64,000 nucleotides of DNA from Bacteroidaceae bacterium (GCA_017622815.1 JAGAQH010000021.1:5335-69334); one strand, 5' to 3'; counted from the stretch's first letter, positions 9,308 through 18,834 are shown. Program-made: numbers and translations. The notes: generated by a model not told the origin, from the letters alone.

Positions 9308-9915
9308 CACCGGCAAGACTCATAGCCCAGGCACTCTCCGTGGTGTTCCAACCTGCGTTCTACCCGCTGGTGGGCTTCATCATACTGTTCACCCTCACCT
9401 ACCTGAGCATGATGCCATGGGAGTTCAAGTTGTGGGTGCTGGCGTCGGTGTATGTGTTCAGCATAGCCATACCTTATATAATGACCTTCTTCATCCGCAA
9501 GACCAACGGATGGAGCAGGCACGACCTGCACCAGCAGAACCGCCGCTATATTGTCTATTTTATAAATATCATCTCGTACCTCAGTTGCATGTACGTGTGC
9601 TACAGGCTTTACCTGCCCTCCTTCATGGGAGCCATACTGGTGGTGAGCCTTCTTGTCCAGTGCGCATGCGTGATAACTAACATGTGGTACAGGGTGAGCA
9701 TGCATTCGGCCGGCACCGGAGTCATCATTGGCGCCCTCCTGGCCTACAGCCACATCTTTGCATTCAATCCCACGGGGTGGCTCTGCATTTCCATCCTCCT
9801 CTCCGGAGCCGTAATGAGCAGCCGCATTTACCTGAAAGGCCACACCCTGGGGCAGGTCCTCTCCGGCACCTTCATAGGAATAATTTGCGGAATCGTGGGG
9901 ATTAGTATTTGGTAA
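9304..9915 (+). CDS. polytopic membrane protein, PAP2-like (putative phosphatase)
   Basis: ATG overlaps the rpoN stop (ATGA). 203 aa and hydrophobic. SRIYLKGHTLGQ resembles PAP2 motif SRx5Hx3D, and MHSAG resembles PSGH. The motif match is imperfect. Confidence 0.55.
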   Translation: MTPARLIAQALSVVFQPAFYPLVGFIILFTLTYLSMMPWEFKLWVLASVYVFSIAIPYIMTFFIRKTNGWSRHDLHQQNRRYIVYFINIISYLSCMYVCYRLYLPSFMGAILVVSLLVQCACVITNMWYRVSMHSAGTGVIIGALLAYSHIFAFNPTGWLCISILLSGAVMSSRIYLKGHTLGQVLSGTFIGIICGIVGISIW

Positions 9916-9923
9916 GTTCTCAT

Positions 9924-10676
9924 CTATCCCCACCCTTTCTCCAATGCGTGCCACATGCTTTGGCGTGCCTCGGGGTGCAGTGTGCAGAGGGATTGGGAGA
10001 GGCGTTCCATTTCCGACCTTCGGGTTCTGTCTTCGTAGGGGCAGGGGGCTATCTGACGCACCAATTGGGATGTGGCAGCATAGGACGCTATGTCCCCTTC
10101 CGGAACAAGGCACAAGGGACGGATGATGGTGAGGGGATAATGCTCCATGGGCATGGAGGGACGCATGGAGTGGAAAGAACCTTCGTAGAGGAGGTTCATG
10201 AGCATGGTGGCAAGGAAGTCGTCCTGATGATGCCCCAGGGCTACCTTGTTGAAACCGTGCTCAACGGCAAAGTCGAACATGGCCTTACGGCGGTAGCGTG
10301 CACAAAGGAAGCAGCGGGTCTTGCGCTTATCGGTGCTTTCGTCAAAGGAGGTGTGGAGGATGTGCAAGGGGATGCCAAGAGCATTGCAAAAGTCCTGCAT
10401 GTGGGCAATGTCCGTCTGGTAGGGCACATTGTCCATAACCACATGCACGGCCTCTACCTGTATTGATGGCTTGAAGATACGGGCACGCTCTGCCATCAAC
10501 TGAGCCATGACAAGGGAGTCCTTGCCTCCGGAGAGAGCGAGGAGTATCCTGTCGCCGTCGGAGAGAAGGCCGTAGGCGGTACAGGCTTTGTTGAAGAGAC
10601 GGGTGAGGCCCCCCTCAATCCCCCTATAGGGGGAAGAAGTTAGGGGATGAGCGGATGGATGTGGAGAATGAGACAC
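9924..10676 (-). CDS. TtcA-family PP-loop ATPase (tRNA thiolation-type adenine nucleotide alpha-hydrolase)
   Basis: PP-loop LALSGGKDS plus Cys motifs CFLCARYRR and CPYEDR. The only candidate start is a GTG at 10674-10676 inside repeat-derived sequence, so the start is uncertain. Confidence 0.8.
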   Translation of the reverse strand: MSHSPHPSAHPLTSSPYRGIEGGLTRLFNKACTAYGLLSDGDRILLALSGGKDSLVMAQLMAERARIFKPSIQVEAVHVVMDNVPYQTDIAHMQDFCNALGIPLHILHTSFDESTDKRKTRCFLCARYRRKAMFDFAVEHGFNKVALGHHQDDFLATMLMNLLYEGSFHSMRPSMPMEHYPLTIIRPLCLVPEGDIASYAATSQLVRQIAPCPYEDRTRRSEMERLSQSLCTLHPEARQSMWHALEKGWG

Positions 10677-10737
10677 AAGATTTATAAGGATGTAATAATT
10701 TTAACACGGATGGCAATTCAAACAGGTTTGCTTCTTG

Positions 10738-10862
10738 TCGCTCGGCAATGTAGGGACGCTTTTTGACTATGTCTTAGTTGCTCACGCTCGGCAATGTAGG
10801 GACGTTGCGTGCAGCGTCCGCCTTGTTTTATCGCTCTCAGACGCTGCACGCAGCGTCCCTAC
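10738..10862. repeat. family C: CGCTCGGCAATGTAGGGACG duplicated, plus a 23-bp hairpin
   Basis: Hairpin GTAGGGACGTTGCGTGCAGCGTC (10796-10818) / GACGCTGCACGCAGCGTCCCTAC (10840-10862). A related copy lies at 62130-62175. Confidence 0.8.
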
Positions 10863-10886
10863 CATGCTTCTGCTCTCGCTTACTCG

Positions 10887-10932
10887 CAGTTTTCCGTTTT
10901 CCGTTTTCACATTTCCGTTTTTCACATTTCCG
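10887..10932. repeat. family A arm
   Basis: CAGTTTTCCGTTTTCCGTTTTCACATTTCCGTTTTTCACATTTCCG. Confidence 0.8.
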
Positions 10933-11494
10933 TCCGCTCCATCCTCAAATAATGATGACCGAAGATGAAGAGGTCGCCATCGTAGCGGAAGCCAAGGGAT
11001 TCGTAAAGAGCCTTGGCACCAAGGTTGTTAGGTTCGCATGCCAGGATGGCAGGGCGACTTTGTTCCTTAGCCTCATCTATGGCAGACAACAGGAGTTGGC
11101 GTGCTATGCCCCTGCCACGAGCATGGGGAGTGACGGCAAGGCTATCGAGATAATACTCTCCCGGGCGTGCCTCGGCATCCATGCTTTCCACGTCGAAGGA
11201 GATGAGTTCGCGAAGCAGGGAGAAGGTGTTGGTGCGCATCTCCATGTAGTTGTCTCCCGGATATGCCACAATGGCACCAAGTGGCGTACCGTCAGTATCC
11301 TCGGCAATGAGGGTGTGGCGCCAACTGTATAGCGTATCGTCACGGCATATCACATCGGCAAGCAGAGCCAACCTATGGTTGTCCTGCTCGCTGAGAGTGC
11401 CTTCGCTCCTCTCCATGATGTCATCGCCCAAAGCCTCCACTACCACCAGGGCAATGAAGGGAGAATCGGATATGGTTGCTTTGCGTATTATCAT
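10922..11494 (-). CDS. GNAT family N-acetyltransferase
   Basis: Starts MIIRKATISDSPFIALVV. Acetyl-CoA motif A is ARGRGIARQLL. 190 aa from the internal ATG. Confidence 0.8.
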   Translation of the reverse strand: MIIRKATISDSPFIALVVVEALGDDIMERSEGTLSEQDNHRLALLADVICRDDTLYSWRHTLIAEDTDGTPLGAIVAYPGDNYMEMRTNTFSLLRELISFDVESMDAEARPGEYYLDSLAVTPHARGRGIARQLLLSAIDEAKEQSRPAILACEPNNLGAKALYESLGFRYDGDLFIFGHHYLRMERTEM

Positions 11495-11501
11495 AATATG
11501 A

Positions 11502-11701
11502 GAACCCCTCCCCAACCAGACCGCGCGTCGCAATGGGGATTGCTCCCCTCACGAGTCACAGAAGCACATTCAGTGCTTCTTCTGAAGACCTCGCTCGCCC
11601 GCAAGGGGAGGGAGTGGTTACATTATAGAATCTACCAATACTAATTAGAGTATCTGAGCATTATACTCCCCTCCCCTGTGGAGGGGTAAGGGGGAGGGTC
11701 C
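11502..11701. repeat. family B composite (MITE-like inverted pair)
   Basis: The left part is GAACCCCTCCCCAACC...CCGCAAGGGGAGGGAGTGGTTAC. The right arm is TATACTCCCCTCCCCTGTGGAGGGGTAAGGGGGAGGGTCC and abuts the ispG stop. Confidence 0.7.
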
Positions 11702-11702
11702 T

Positions 11703-13085
11703 CTATCTCCCCTTCAAATCCTCCTCGATGAAGCGTAGCAAGCGCTCCACGGCCTCCTCCTCGGGGATGTTCTTTTCGATGCACTCCTTGGCCTTGTAGA
11801 GGGAAACCTTGCCACGGGCGGCACCAACGTAGCCGTAGTCGGCATCCGCCATTTCGCCGGGACCGTTGACGATACAGCCCATGATGGCAATCTTCAGCCC
11901 CTTGAGGTGAGCCGTGGCGGCCTTTATCTTGTGGATAGTCCCCTCCAGGTCGTAAAGCGTACGTCCGCAACCGGGGCAGGAGATGTACTCCGTCTTGACG
12001 AACTTGATGCGGGCCGCCTGCAGGATGGAGTCGGAAAGGTCGCGCAAGGTGGCCTCGTCGAACCCCTCTGCCTCTATATCGAGCAGGTGCGCCTTCTTGT
12101 CTATGAAGATGGCACCCACGGCCATGGCGGCCTTCAGTTGGAGTTCTTCCAGGGATGAGGCCTCCAGACGAAGGGTGACGGTATCGTCCTTGATGCCCTC
12201 CTCTGCCTCCTGGCGAAGACGGCTACACTCCGGAATCATGTCCACCAGTTGGCGTGCCACTGGAATTTCCTTCTCGGGCGCCTCGGACAGGCTCACGCGG
12301 ATGGTGTCGCCGATGCCCTCGGTGAGCAGGGCGCCAATGCCCACGGCACTCTTGATGCGTCCGTCCTCGCCCTCGCCAGCCTCGGTGACACCAAGGTGCA
12401 GGGGGAAGGTCATTCCCTCCTTGTCCATCTCCTGAACGAGCAGGCGCATGCTCTGCACCATCACCACGGTGTTGCTGGCCTTGATGGAGATGACCACGTT
12501 CATGAAGTTGTGGTGCACGCAGATACGGAGGAACTCCATGCAACTCTCCACGATGCCCGCCGGGGTGTCGCCATAGCGCGACATGATGCGGTCGGAAAGC
12601 GAACCATGGTTCACACCTATGCGCACCGCCGTGCCGTGCTCGCGACAGATGTCGAGGAAGGGCAGCAGACGGTCCTCTATCTTCTGGAGTTCCTGGGCAT
12701 ACTGCTCGTCGGTGTACTCCAGTTGCTTGAACTGACGGGCGGCATCCACATAGTTGCCGGGGTTTATGCGTACCTTCTCGCAATAACGTGCCGCCACGTC
12801 GGCCACGTTGGGGTTGAAGTGCACGTCGGCAACCAGAGGCACTGGGCAACCTGCCCGGCGCATCGCCTTGCTGATGACATCCATGTTCTCCGCCTCGCGT
12901 GTGCCCTGGGTGGTTAGGCGCACCAGTTCGCCTCCAGCCTCGGCTATGCGCAGGATCTGTGCCACGCTCGCCTCGGTGTCCATGGTGCTGGTGTTGGTCA
13001 TGGATTGCACACGAATGGGGTTGTCGCCGCCCAAACGGATGTTGCCCACGGTGATTTCGTGGGACTTGCGACGTGTGTATGCCAT
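11703..13085 (-). CDS. ispG: 4-hydroxy-3-methylbut-2-en-1-yl diphosphate synthase
   Basis: Contains IRVQSMTNT, HLGVTEAGEGEDGRIKS and the Fe-S motif ISCPGCGRT. 460 aa. Confidence 0.93.
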   Translation of the reverse strand: MAYTRRKSHEITVGNIRLGGDNPIRVQSMTNTSTMDTEASVAQILRIAEAGGELVRLTTQGTREAENMDVISKAMRRAGCPVPLVADVHFNPNVADVAARYCEKVRINPGNYVDAARQFKQLEYTDEQYAQELQKIEDRLLPFLDICREHGTAVRIGVNHGSLSDRIMSRYGDTPAGIVESCMEFLRICVHHNFMNVVISIKASNTVVMVQSMRLLVQEMDKEGMTFPLHLGVTEAGEGEDGRIKSAVGIGALLTEGIGDTIRVSLSEAPEKEIPVARQLVDMIPECSRLRQEAEEGIKDDTVTLRLEASSLEELQLKAAMAVGAIFIDKKAHLLDIEAEGFDEATLRDLSDSILQAARIKFVKTEYISCPGCGRTLYDLEGTIHKIKAATAHLKGLKIAIMGCIVNGPGEMADADYGYVGAARGKVSLYKAKECIEKNIPEEEAVERLLRFIEEDLKGR

Positions 13086-13091
13086 AGTTTA

Positions 13092-13589
13092 TCAGTTGAC
13101 CTTGAACTTGTACTTAACCTGTGAGAGTTCCTCGTTGGCCTTTACAATCTTCTCCTTCAGGCCCTGCTTGTAAGCCTTCAGTTTGGCGGCCAGAGCCTCA
13201 TCGGAGAGAGCCATCATCTCAGCGGCCAGGATGGCGGCATTGAGGGCACCGTTAACGCCGACGGTGGCCACGGGTATGCCGGGAGGCATCTGTATGATGG
13301 AGAGCATGGCATCCAAACCGTCCAGCATGCCCTTGATGGGTACGCCGATGACAGGCAATGTGGTGCTTGCGGCTATCACGCCAGGCAGGGCTGCCGCCAT
13401 ACCGGCACCTGCGATGATGACACGGACGCCACGACCCTCGGCCTCGCGTGCGAACTGCTCCACCTCGTCAGGTGTGCGGTGTGCCGACAGTGCGTTCATC
13501 TCAAAGGGAATCTCCATTTCGTCCAGGAACTTGGCAGCCTTCTCCATGACGGGGAGGTCGCTGGTGCTGCCCATAATGATGCTGATCAT
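13092..13589 (-). CDS. purE: 5-(carboxyamino)imidazole ribonucleotide mutase
   Basis: Contains MISIIMGSTSDLPVM...SAHRTPD...AGMAAALPGV, the classic PurE signature. Confidence 0.95.
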   Translation of the reverse strand: MISIIMGSTSDLPVMEKAAKFLDEMEIPFEMNALSAHRTPDEVEQFAREAEGRGVRVIIAGAGMAAALPGVIAASTTLPVIGVPIKGMLDGLDAMLSIIQMPPGIPVATVGVNGALNAAILAAEMMALSDEALAAKLKAYKQGLKEKIVKANEELSQVKYKFKVN

Positions 13590-14434
13590 AGTTGTAATGT
13601 ATCTTTGGTTATCAATTTGAATGCTTGTGGTAAATAGTCGGTAAGGTCTGAGGCGATGAGGCTATGCCTGCCAAGCGCCTCCGAGGCAATGTCGCCGCTG
13701 ATGGCATGCAGGCTCACGCCCAGGATGGCGGCATCCCGCGGGGGATAGCCCTGTGCCAGGAGGCCGAGGATGATGCCCGTGAGCACATCGCCGCTACCTG
13801 CCGTGCCCATACCATCGTTGCCATAGGGGCAGACGTATTGGGCAGGGGTGTCGCCGGGGATGGTGATGGTGGTGGGATGTCCCTTGAGCACGAGGATGAC
13901 GTTGTCCATGCATGCCCCCGCCTCCACCAGTCTCCTGTACTCCAACGGGTGTGGCGTGATGATGGTGCCGTTGGGAATCATATCTGCCCATTGCGGATGC
14001 TCGGCCAGGATGTTCAGTGCATCCGCGTCAAGCACCATGGGTACTTCGGTGAAATTCAATTCCAGCAGCGTTTTGTACAAGGCTTCTGCTGTCTTCTCCT
14101 CCCTGCCTATGCCAGGCCCTATGCCTATGGCAGCGTATTTGTTGGGCAAGCATGATTCAAAAGGACTGCATGTCCATCGCTTATCGTCCTCATCGTGATT
14201 CAGTATTGCCTCGGGAAGCGCCACCTGCATTATGTCGTTATTCATTTTGGGGATGTGTACCGTCAGTTTTCCCACGCCCGAACGCATGCATCCCCTGCCT
14301 GCCAGAATACCTGCACCTGCCATGCCATAACTGCCTGCCACGAGCAGTGCATGCCCGAAGGTGCCCTTGTGCCCGTCCTCGGGACGTGGGCGAAGGATGC
14401 TTTGCAGGAAGGGAATGGTTATTGGCATTGGCAT
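13586..14434 (-). CDS. nnrD: ADP-dependent NAD(P)H-hydrate dehydratase
   Basis: Contains HKGTFGHALLVAGSYGMAGAGILA and GTAGSGDVLTGII. Start taken at ATG 14434 (MPMPITIPF). The track ORF extends upstream into repeat family A. The stop overlaps the purE start. Confidence 0.85.
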   Translation of the reverse strand: MPMPITIPFLQSILRPRPEDGHKGTFGHALLVAGSYGMAGAGILAGRGCMRSGVGKLTVHIPKMNNDIMQVALPEAILNHDEDDKRWTCSPFESCLPNKYAAIGIGPGIGREEKTAEALYKTLLELNFTEVPMVLDADALNILAEHPQWADMIPNGTIITPHPLEYRRLVEAGACMDNVILVLKGHPTTITIPGDTPAQYVCPYGNDGMGTAGSGDVLTGIILGLLAQGYPPRDAAILGVSLHAISGDIASEALGRHSLIASDLTDYLPQAFKLITKDTLQL

Positions 14435-14443
14435 ACTATTATA

Positions 14444-14531
14444 AAACGGAAAGGTGAAAACGGAAAGGTGAGCGAACGGATGAGCGGATGAGCGGATGAG
14501 TTTTCCGATTTCCGTTTTCACTTTTCCGTTT
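14444..14531. repeat. family A hairpin with module F (GAGCGGAT tandem) in the loop
   Basis: Arms AAACGGAAAGGTGAAAACGGAAA (14444-66) / TTTCCGTTTTCACTTTTCCGTTT (14509-31) with one mismatch. The loop contains GAGCGAACGGATGAGCGGATGAGCGGATGAG. Confidence 0.8.
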
Positions 14532-14535
14532 ATTG

Positions 14536-16194
14536 TCAGTACTTGAACGAACTTCCGCCGGCAAACTCGCGAAGCAGGGACGTGGGCGGAACCTGGTCGG
14601 CAGGTACGCTGCGGAAGTAGCGTAGGAACTTGCGCAGGCGGCTTGCCTCGGCATATTCCACCTCGCATTCGCCCACCTGATCAAGGATGGGTTTCACCTG
14701 GTCCTTTATCACGGCCAGTTCATAGAGCAGGGCACTGTTGAAGATGGAGTCCGCCAGTTCCTGGAAGGGGAATATCCACTTCTCCTCGCCGGCACTCACG
14801 CTGGGCATGCGGCGTATTGTCTCCAAAGCCGAATAGCCACGGTATTGGAAATCGCGGATAAGGCGGCGCAGGAGGCGTATGTCCGTAGTGGGGATGTTGT
14901 TGTGGTCGTCCAAGGCTATGGTGGTAAGAGGACTGATGAAGATGCGGTACTTCTTGTCCTCCGGCACCTGTTCGGACAGTATGGGATTCAGCGCATGGTT
15001 GCCCTCCAGTATGATGATGTCACCCTCGCCGATGCGTATGCGGCGGTTCTCGTAGACACGCTCGCCCAACTTGAAGTCGTAGCGTGGCAACTCCACCTCC
15101 TCGCCTGCCAGCAGTTGGTTCATCTGCCTGTTGAACAGCGCGGTATCCACGGCCTCTATGCATTCAAAGTCGTAGTTGCCGTTGGCATCCTTGGGCGTGT
15201 CCACACGGTTCACGAAATAGTCGTCCGTACTGATGATGTGCGGACGCATGCCGGATGCCATGAGCAGGATGGCCAGACGCTTGCTGGTGGTGGTCTTTCC
15301 ACTGGACGAGGGACCGGCCAGAAGCACCAGTTTGGCACCCTTCTCCACGATATTGTCCACTATCTCGTTCAGTTTCTTTTCCTGAAGGGCCTCGCTCACG
15401 TTTATCAGTTGCGAAGCATGCCCCTCCTTGACGGCCTCGTTGAACTCACCGGCATTGCGCACACCAAGGATGTCCTGCCAGCGGTGGAACTCCTGAATGA
15501 CGTTGTGCATCTTCTCCTGGGGCACCATCTTCTCCAGTTCTTCCGGATTCTTGCGAGAAGGGACACGCAGGAGCAGGCCCTCAAAGAACTTCTCCACTCG
15601 GAAGAGGTGCAACTGGCTTGTCCTCGTCAGGAGGCAGGAGTAGAAGTAGTTCACCGTATCGCACAGGCGGTAGTAGTAGGTATAGAGGTTACTCTGGCTC
15701 TCCAGAAGCCTTGCCTTGCTTTCCATGCCCTTGGAGCGGAACAGGTCTATGGCCTCCTCTATGGGGCACTGCACGCGGTGTATCTTCTCGTCCATGGCCA
15801 CTATCTCCTGCATGCGCTTCTGTATGGCCATGGCATCCTGCTCCGTCACCTCCCTGCCTATGCGCAGTTCGCAGAAGTAACCGCGGCTCACCGGCGCACC
15901 TATTATAAGTTGCCCTCCGGGGTAGAGGTCCTCCACGGCCTTGGCAAGCACCAGGAAGAGAGTCAGCGTGTATGTCCTCATGCCGTGCGAGGACGTGATG
16001 TCCTTGAACTCCACATCCTTGGCATTGTAGAAGCGGTAGTTCATGCCCTGCACCTTGTTGTTCACAAGGGCACACATGGGGCCATGCTTCATGTCCAAAC
16101 CGCTCACTTCATACAGTTCCTTCAAACTTGTCCCGAACGGCACTTTGATTATCTGCCCGTTATTGCGGCATCGTATTCTCAGAGTCTGTGGCAT
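14536..16194 (-). CDS. uridine kinase-like nucleoside kinase with an N-terminal TGS-like domain
   Basis: P-loop GPSSSGKTTT followed by STDDYF. ATG 16194 is 21 nt downstream of -7 box 16216-16223. The track start at 16218 is a TTG inside that box. Confidence 0.8.
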   Translation of the reverse strand: MPQTLRIRCRNNGQIIKVPFGTSLKELYEVSGLDMKHGPMCALVNNKVQGMNYRFYNAKDVEFKDITSSHGMRTYTLTLFLVLAKAVEDLYPGGQLIIGAPVSRGYFCELRIGREVTEQDAMAIQKRMQEIVAMDEKIHRVQCPIEEAIDLFRSKGMESKARLLESQSNLYTYYYRLCDTVNYFYSCLLTRTSQLHLFRVEKFFEGLLLRVPSRKNPEELEKMVPQEKMHNVIQEFHRWQDILGVRNAGEFNEAVKEGHASQLINVSEALQEKKLNEIVDNIVEKGAKLVLLAGPSSSGKTTTSKRLAILLMASGMRPHIISTDDYFVNRVDTPKDANGNYDFECIEAVDTALFNRQMNQLLAGEEVELPRYDFKLGERVYENRRIRIGEGDIIILEGNHALNPILSEQVPEDKKYRIFISPLTTIALDDHNNIPTTDIRLLRRLIRDFQYRGYSALETIRRMPSVSAGEEKWIFPFQELADSIFNSALLYELAVIKDQVKPILDQVGECEVEYAEASRLRKFLRYFRSVPADQVPPTSLLREFAGGSSFKY

Positions 16195-16215
16195 AGGTCT
16201 ATAATGTTTTGCATA

Positions 16216-16223
16216 CAAAAATA
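16216..16223 (-). promoter_or_regulatory. -7 box TATTTTTG upstream of the nucleoside kinase gene
   Basis: Matches TAnnTTTG. 21 nt upstream of ATG 16194. Confidence 0.5.
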
Positions 16224-16276
16224 CAAAAAAAACTTAATCTATTAGCCTTTCGTTGCCCAATGTTCATTTAATTTCG

Positions 16277-16284
16277 TACCTTTG
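16277..16284 (+). promoter_or_regulatory. -7 box TACCTTTG upstream of the first FKBP gene
   Basis: Matches TAnnTTTG. 39 nt upstream of ATG 16324. Confidence 0.6.
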
Positions 16285-16323
16285 TCCCCGATTTTGCATA
16301 AATTAATACACCTTATAAAATAT

Positions 16324-16908
16324 ATGGAGAAAATAAGTTACGCTCTGGGTCTTGGCATAGGCCAGCAACTGAAGAGCATGAACATCGAGAACTTTGACAT
16401 AAAGGAATTCAGCCGTAGCATCGAGGATGTGATGGCAGGTCGCGATACTGACATGACCGCACGCGAGGCACAGGTCATGCTGAGCGAGTATTTCCAGAAG
16501 AAGGAGAAGCAGCAGGCCGAGGAGAACATTGCCAAGGGCAAGGCCTACTTGGAGGAGAACGGCAAGCGCGAGGGCGTAATCACCACCAAGAGCGGTCTTC
16601 AGTACGAGGTGCTCACCGAGGGTACGGGCAAGAGCCCCAAGGCTACCGACAAGGTACGTTGCCACTATGAGGGCCGTCTGACCGACGGTAGCGTGTTCGA
16701 CAGTTCATATCAGCGCGGCGAGCCTGCCGACTTCGGTTTGAACCAGGTTATTGCAGGTTGGACAGAGGGCGTGCAGTTGATGAAGGAAGGTGCCAAGTAC
16801 CGCTTCCACATCCCCTACCTGCTGGGCTATGGCGAGCGCGGTGCAGGTGCATCCATCCCTCCCTATGCCACACTGGTGTTCGACGTGGAACTGATAAAGG
16901 TGCTCTAA
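16324..16908 (+). CDS. FKBP-type peptidyl-prolyl cis-trans isomerase
   Basis: C-terminal FKBP domain VRCHYEGRLTDGSVFDSSYQRGEP...IPPYATLVFDVELI. ATG lies 39 nt after -7 box 16277-16284. Confidence 0.9.
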   Translation: MEKISYALGLGIGQQLKSMNIENFDIKEFSRSIEDVMAGRDTDMTAREAQVMLSEYFQKKEKQQAEENIAKGKAYLEENGKREGVITTKSGLQYEVLTEGTGKSPKATDKVRCHYEGRLTDGSVFDSSYQRGEPADFGLNQVIAGWTEGVQLMKEGAKYRFHIPYLLGYGERGAGASIPPYATLVFDVELIKVL

Positions 16909-16954
16909 GCAAACCCTACAAAACGACTAACAAATACAATAAAACAATATCAAG

Positions 16955-17830
16955 ATGAAAAAGATTTCTATCATCGCAGCCGTTGTTCTGGCTGCTATCA
17001 TGACAAGTTGCGGCAATGGCACTCCCAAGGCCAACATGAAGAGCGACGTAGACTCTCTCTGCTATGCCATCGGTATGGCACAGAGCCAGGGTCTGAAGGA
17101 TTATCTGGCTATGCGCATGGGTGTGGACACCGCATACATGAACGAGTTTATCAAGGGTCTGAACGACGGTGCAAACGCCGGCGACGACAAGAAGCAGCAG
17201 GCTTACATTGCAGGTCTTCAGATTGGCCAGCAGGTTTCCACACAGATGATCGCAGGCCTGAACCACGAACTCTTCGGCGAGGACAGCGCCCAGTACGTAA
17301 GCCAGAACAACTTCATGGCCGGTTTCGTTGCCGGTACTCTGGAGGACACCACCATCATGAACGTAGAGGCTGCCAACGAGTACGCACAGACCAACATGAA
17401 GGCCATCAAGGCTCGCCAGATGCAGGCTCAGTATGGTGAGAACAAGAAGGCCGGCGAGGAGTTCATGGACGAGATTGCCAAGAAGGAAGGCATCAAGCAG
17501 ATTGAGAACAGCGGTGTTTACTACGAGGTTATCACTGAGGGCGACGGACAGATTCCTGCCGACACCAGCTTCGTGAAGGTTAAGTACGAGGGTACCCTCA
17601 TCGACGGCACCGTATTCGACGGCAACATGGATGCCGAGAAGCCCATGACATTCCGTTGCAACCAGGTTATCCCCGGTTGGACAATGGCTCTGACCCACAT
17701 GCCCGCAGGCTCAAAGTGGAAGGTTTACATTCCCCAGGAAATGGCTTACGGCGAGCGTGAGGCCGGCGACAAGATCAAGCCCTTCAGCACACTGGTATTC
17801 GTTATTGACCTGATTTCTGTAGGCAAGTAA
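16955..17830 (+). CDS. FKBP-type peptidyl-prolyl isomerase, lipoprotein
   Basis: Lipobox in MKKISIIAAVVLAAIMTSCG. FKBP domain VKYEGTLIDGTVFD...FSTLVFVIDLI. Confidence 0.9.
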   Translation: MKKISIIAAVVLAAIMTSCGNGTPKANMKSDVDSLCYAIGMAQSQGLKDYLAMRMGVDTAYMNEFIKGLNDGANAGDDKKQQAYIAGLQIGQQVSTQMIAGLNHELFGEDSAQYVSQNNFMAGFVAGTLEDTTIMNVEAANEYAQTNMKAIKARQMQAQYGENKKAGEEFMDEIAKKEGIKQIENSGVYYEVITEGDGQIPADTSFVKVKYEGTLIDGTVFDGNMDAEKPMTFRCNQVIPGWTMALTHMPAGSKWKVYIPQEMAYGEREAGDKIKPFSTLVFVIDLISVGK

Positions 17831-17940
17831 TACAACACAGGACATACCACACAAGGGGCAATTTGCTGTAGCGCCAAACATCATGCGACATCAGCGGATT
17901 GCCCCTTGTCCGTCCCATAACAACAACACACTATACTGTC

Positions 17941-18834
17941 ATGAAGAAGATATTACTCCTTGCTCTGGTATCAGCCCTCTGCCTCGGCATACAGGCAATG
18001 CCCAAGAAGAAGAAAGACAAGAAGAACAAGAAGGCTCAGGTGGAAAAGGTGGACACCGTGGACGTGAAGACCTTCTCCTACCTCATCGGCCGTCTCAACA
18101 CAGAAGGCCTTGCTGAATACCTCGCTCGCCAGAAAGGTGTGGACGCCAAGTATATGGCTCAGTTCATAGAGGGTTTCGGCAAAACAGAACTTACCGAAGC
18201 CGACCTCCAGGCCAAGGCACGCATTGCCGGCACAGAGATCCGTGAGGACGTGAGCAAGCGCGTGATGCCCAACATTTCCAAGCAGATGAACGACTCTGTA
18301 GACCTGCTCAACCACGAGGAGTTCCTCCGCGGTTTCATGGAGGGTATCATGGGTACAGAATCGGCTATCAGCAACGACTCTGCCATAAAGATTGTGGAGA
18401 AGCAGATGAAGTACTACCAGGAGAGCATGATGGAGCGCAAGTACGGACCCAACCGCAAGGCCGGCGAGGAGTTCCTGAAGGCCAATCTGAAGAACAAGGA
18501 CGTGAAGCAGACCGCCAGCGGCCTGCAGTACAAGGTCATCACCAAGGGCGAAGGTCCCATCCCCACCAACACACAGAGGGTGAAGGTGCACTACGAAGGA
18601 CGCCTCATCGACGGCAAGGTCTTTGACAGTTCCTACAAGCGCGGACAGCCCGCAACCTTCGGCGTGAACCAGGTCATCAAGGGTTGGACAGAGGCGTTGA
18701 CCATGATGCCTGCCGGCTCCAAGTGGGAACTCTACATCCCTCAGGAACTTGCCTACGGTGCCCGTGAGCAGAAAGAGATACCGGCCTTCTCATGCCTCAT
18801 CTTCACCGTGGAACTGCTGGAGGTGGTGAAGTAA
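17941..18834 (+). CDS. FKBP-type peptidyl-prolyl isomerase, secreted
   Basis: Signal peptide MKKILLLALVSALCLGIQA, then a Lys-rich stretch, then FKBP domain VHYEGRLIDGKVFDSSYKRGQP. Confidence 0.9.
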   Translation: MKKILLLALVSALCLGIQAMPKKKKDKKNKKAQVEKVDTVDVKTFSYLIGRLNTEGLAEYLARQKGVDAKYMAQFIEGFGKTELTEADLQAKARIAGTEIREDVSKRVMPNISKQMNDSVDLLNHEEFLRGFMEGIMGTESAISNDSAIKIVEKQMKYYQESMMERKYGPNRKAGEEFLKANLKNKDVKQTASGLQYKVITKGEGPIPTNTQRVKVHYEGRLIDGKVFDSSYKRGQPATFGVNQVIKGWTEALTMMPAGSKWELYIPQELAYGAREQKEIPAFSCLIFTVELLEVVK

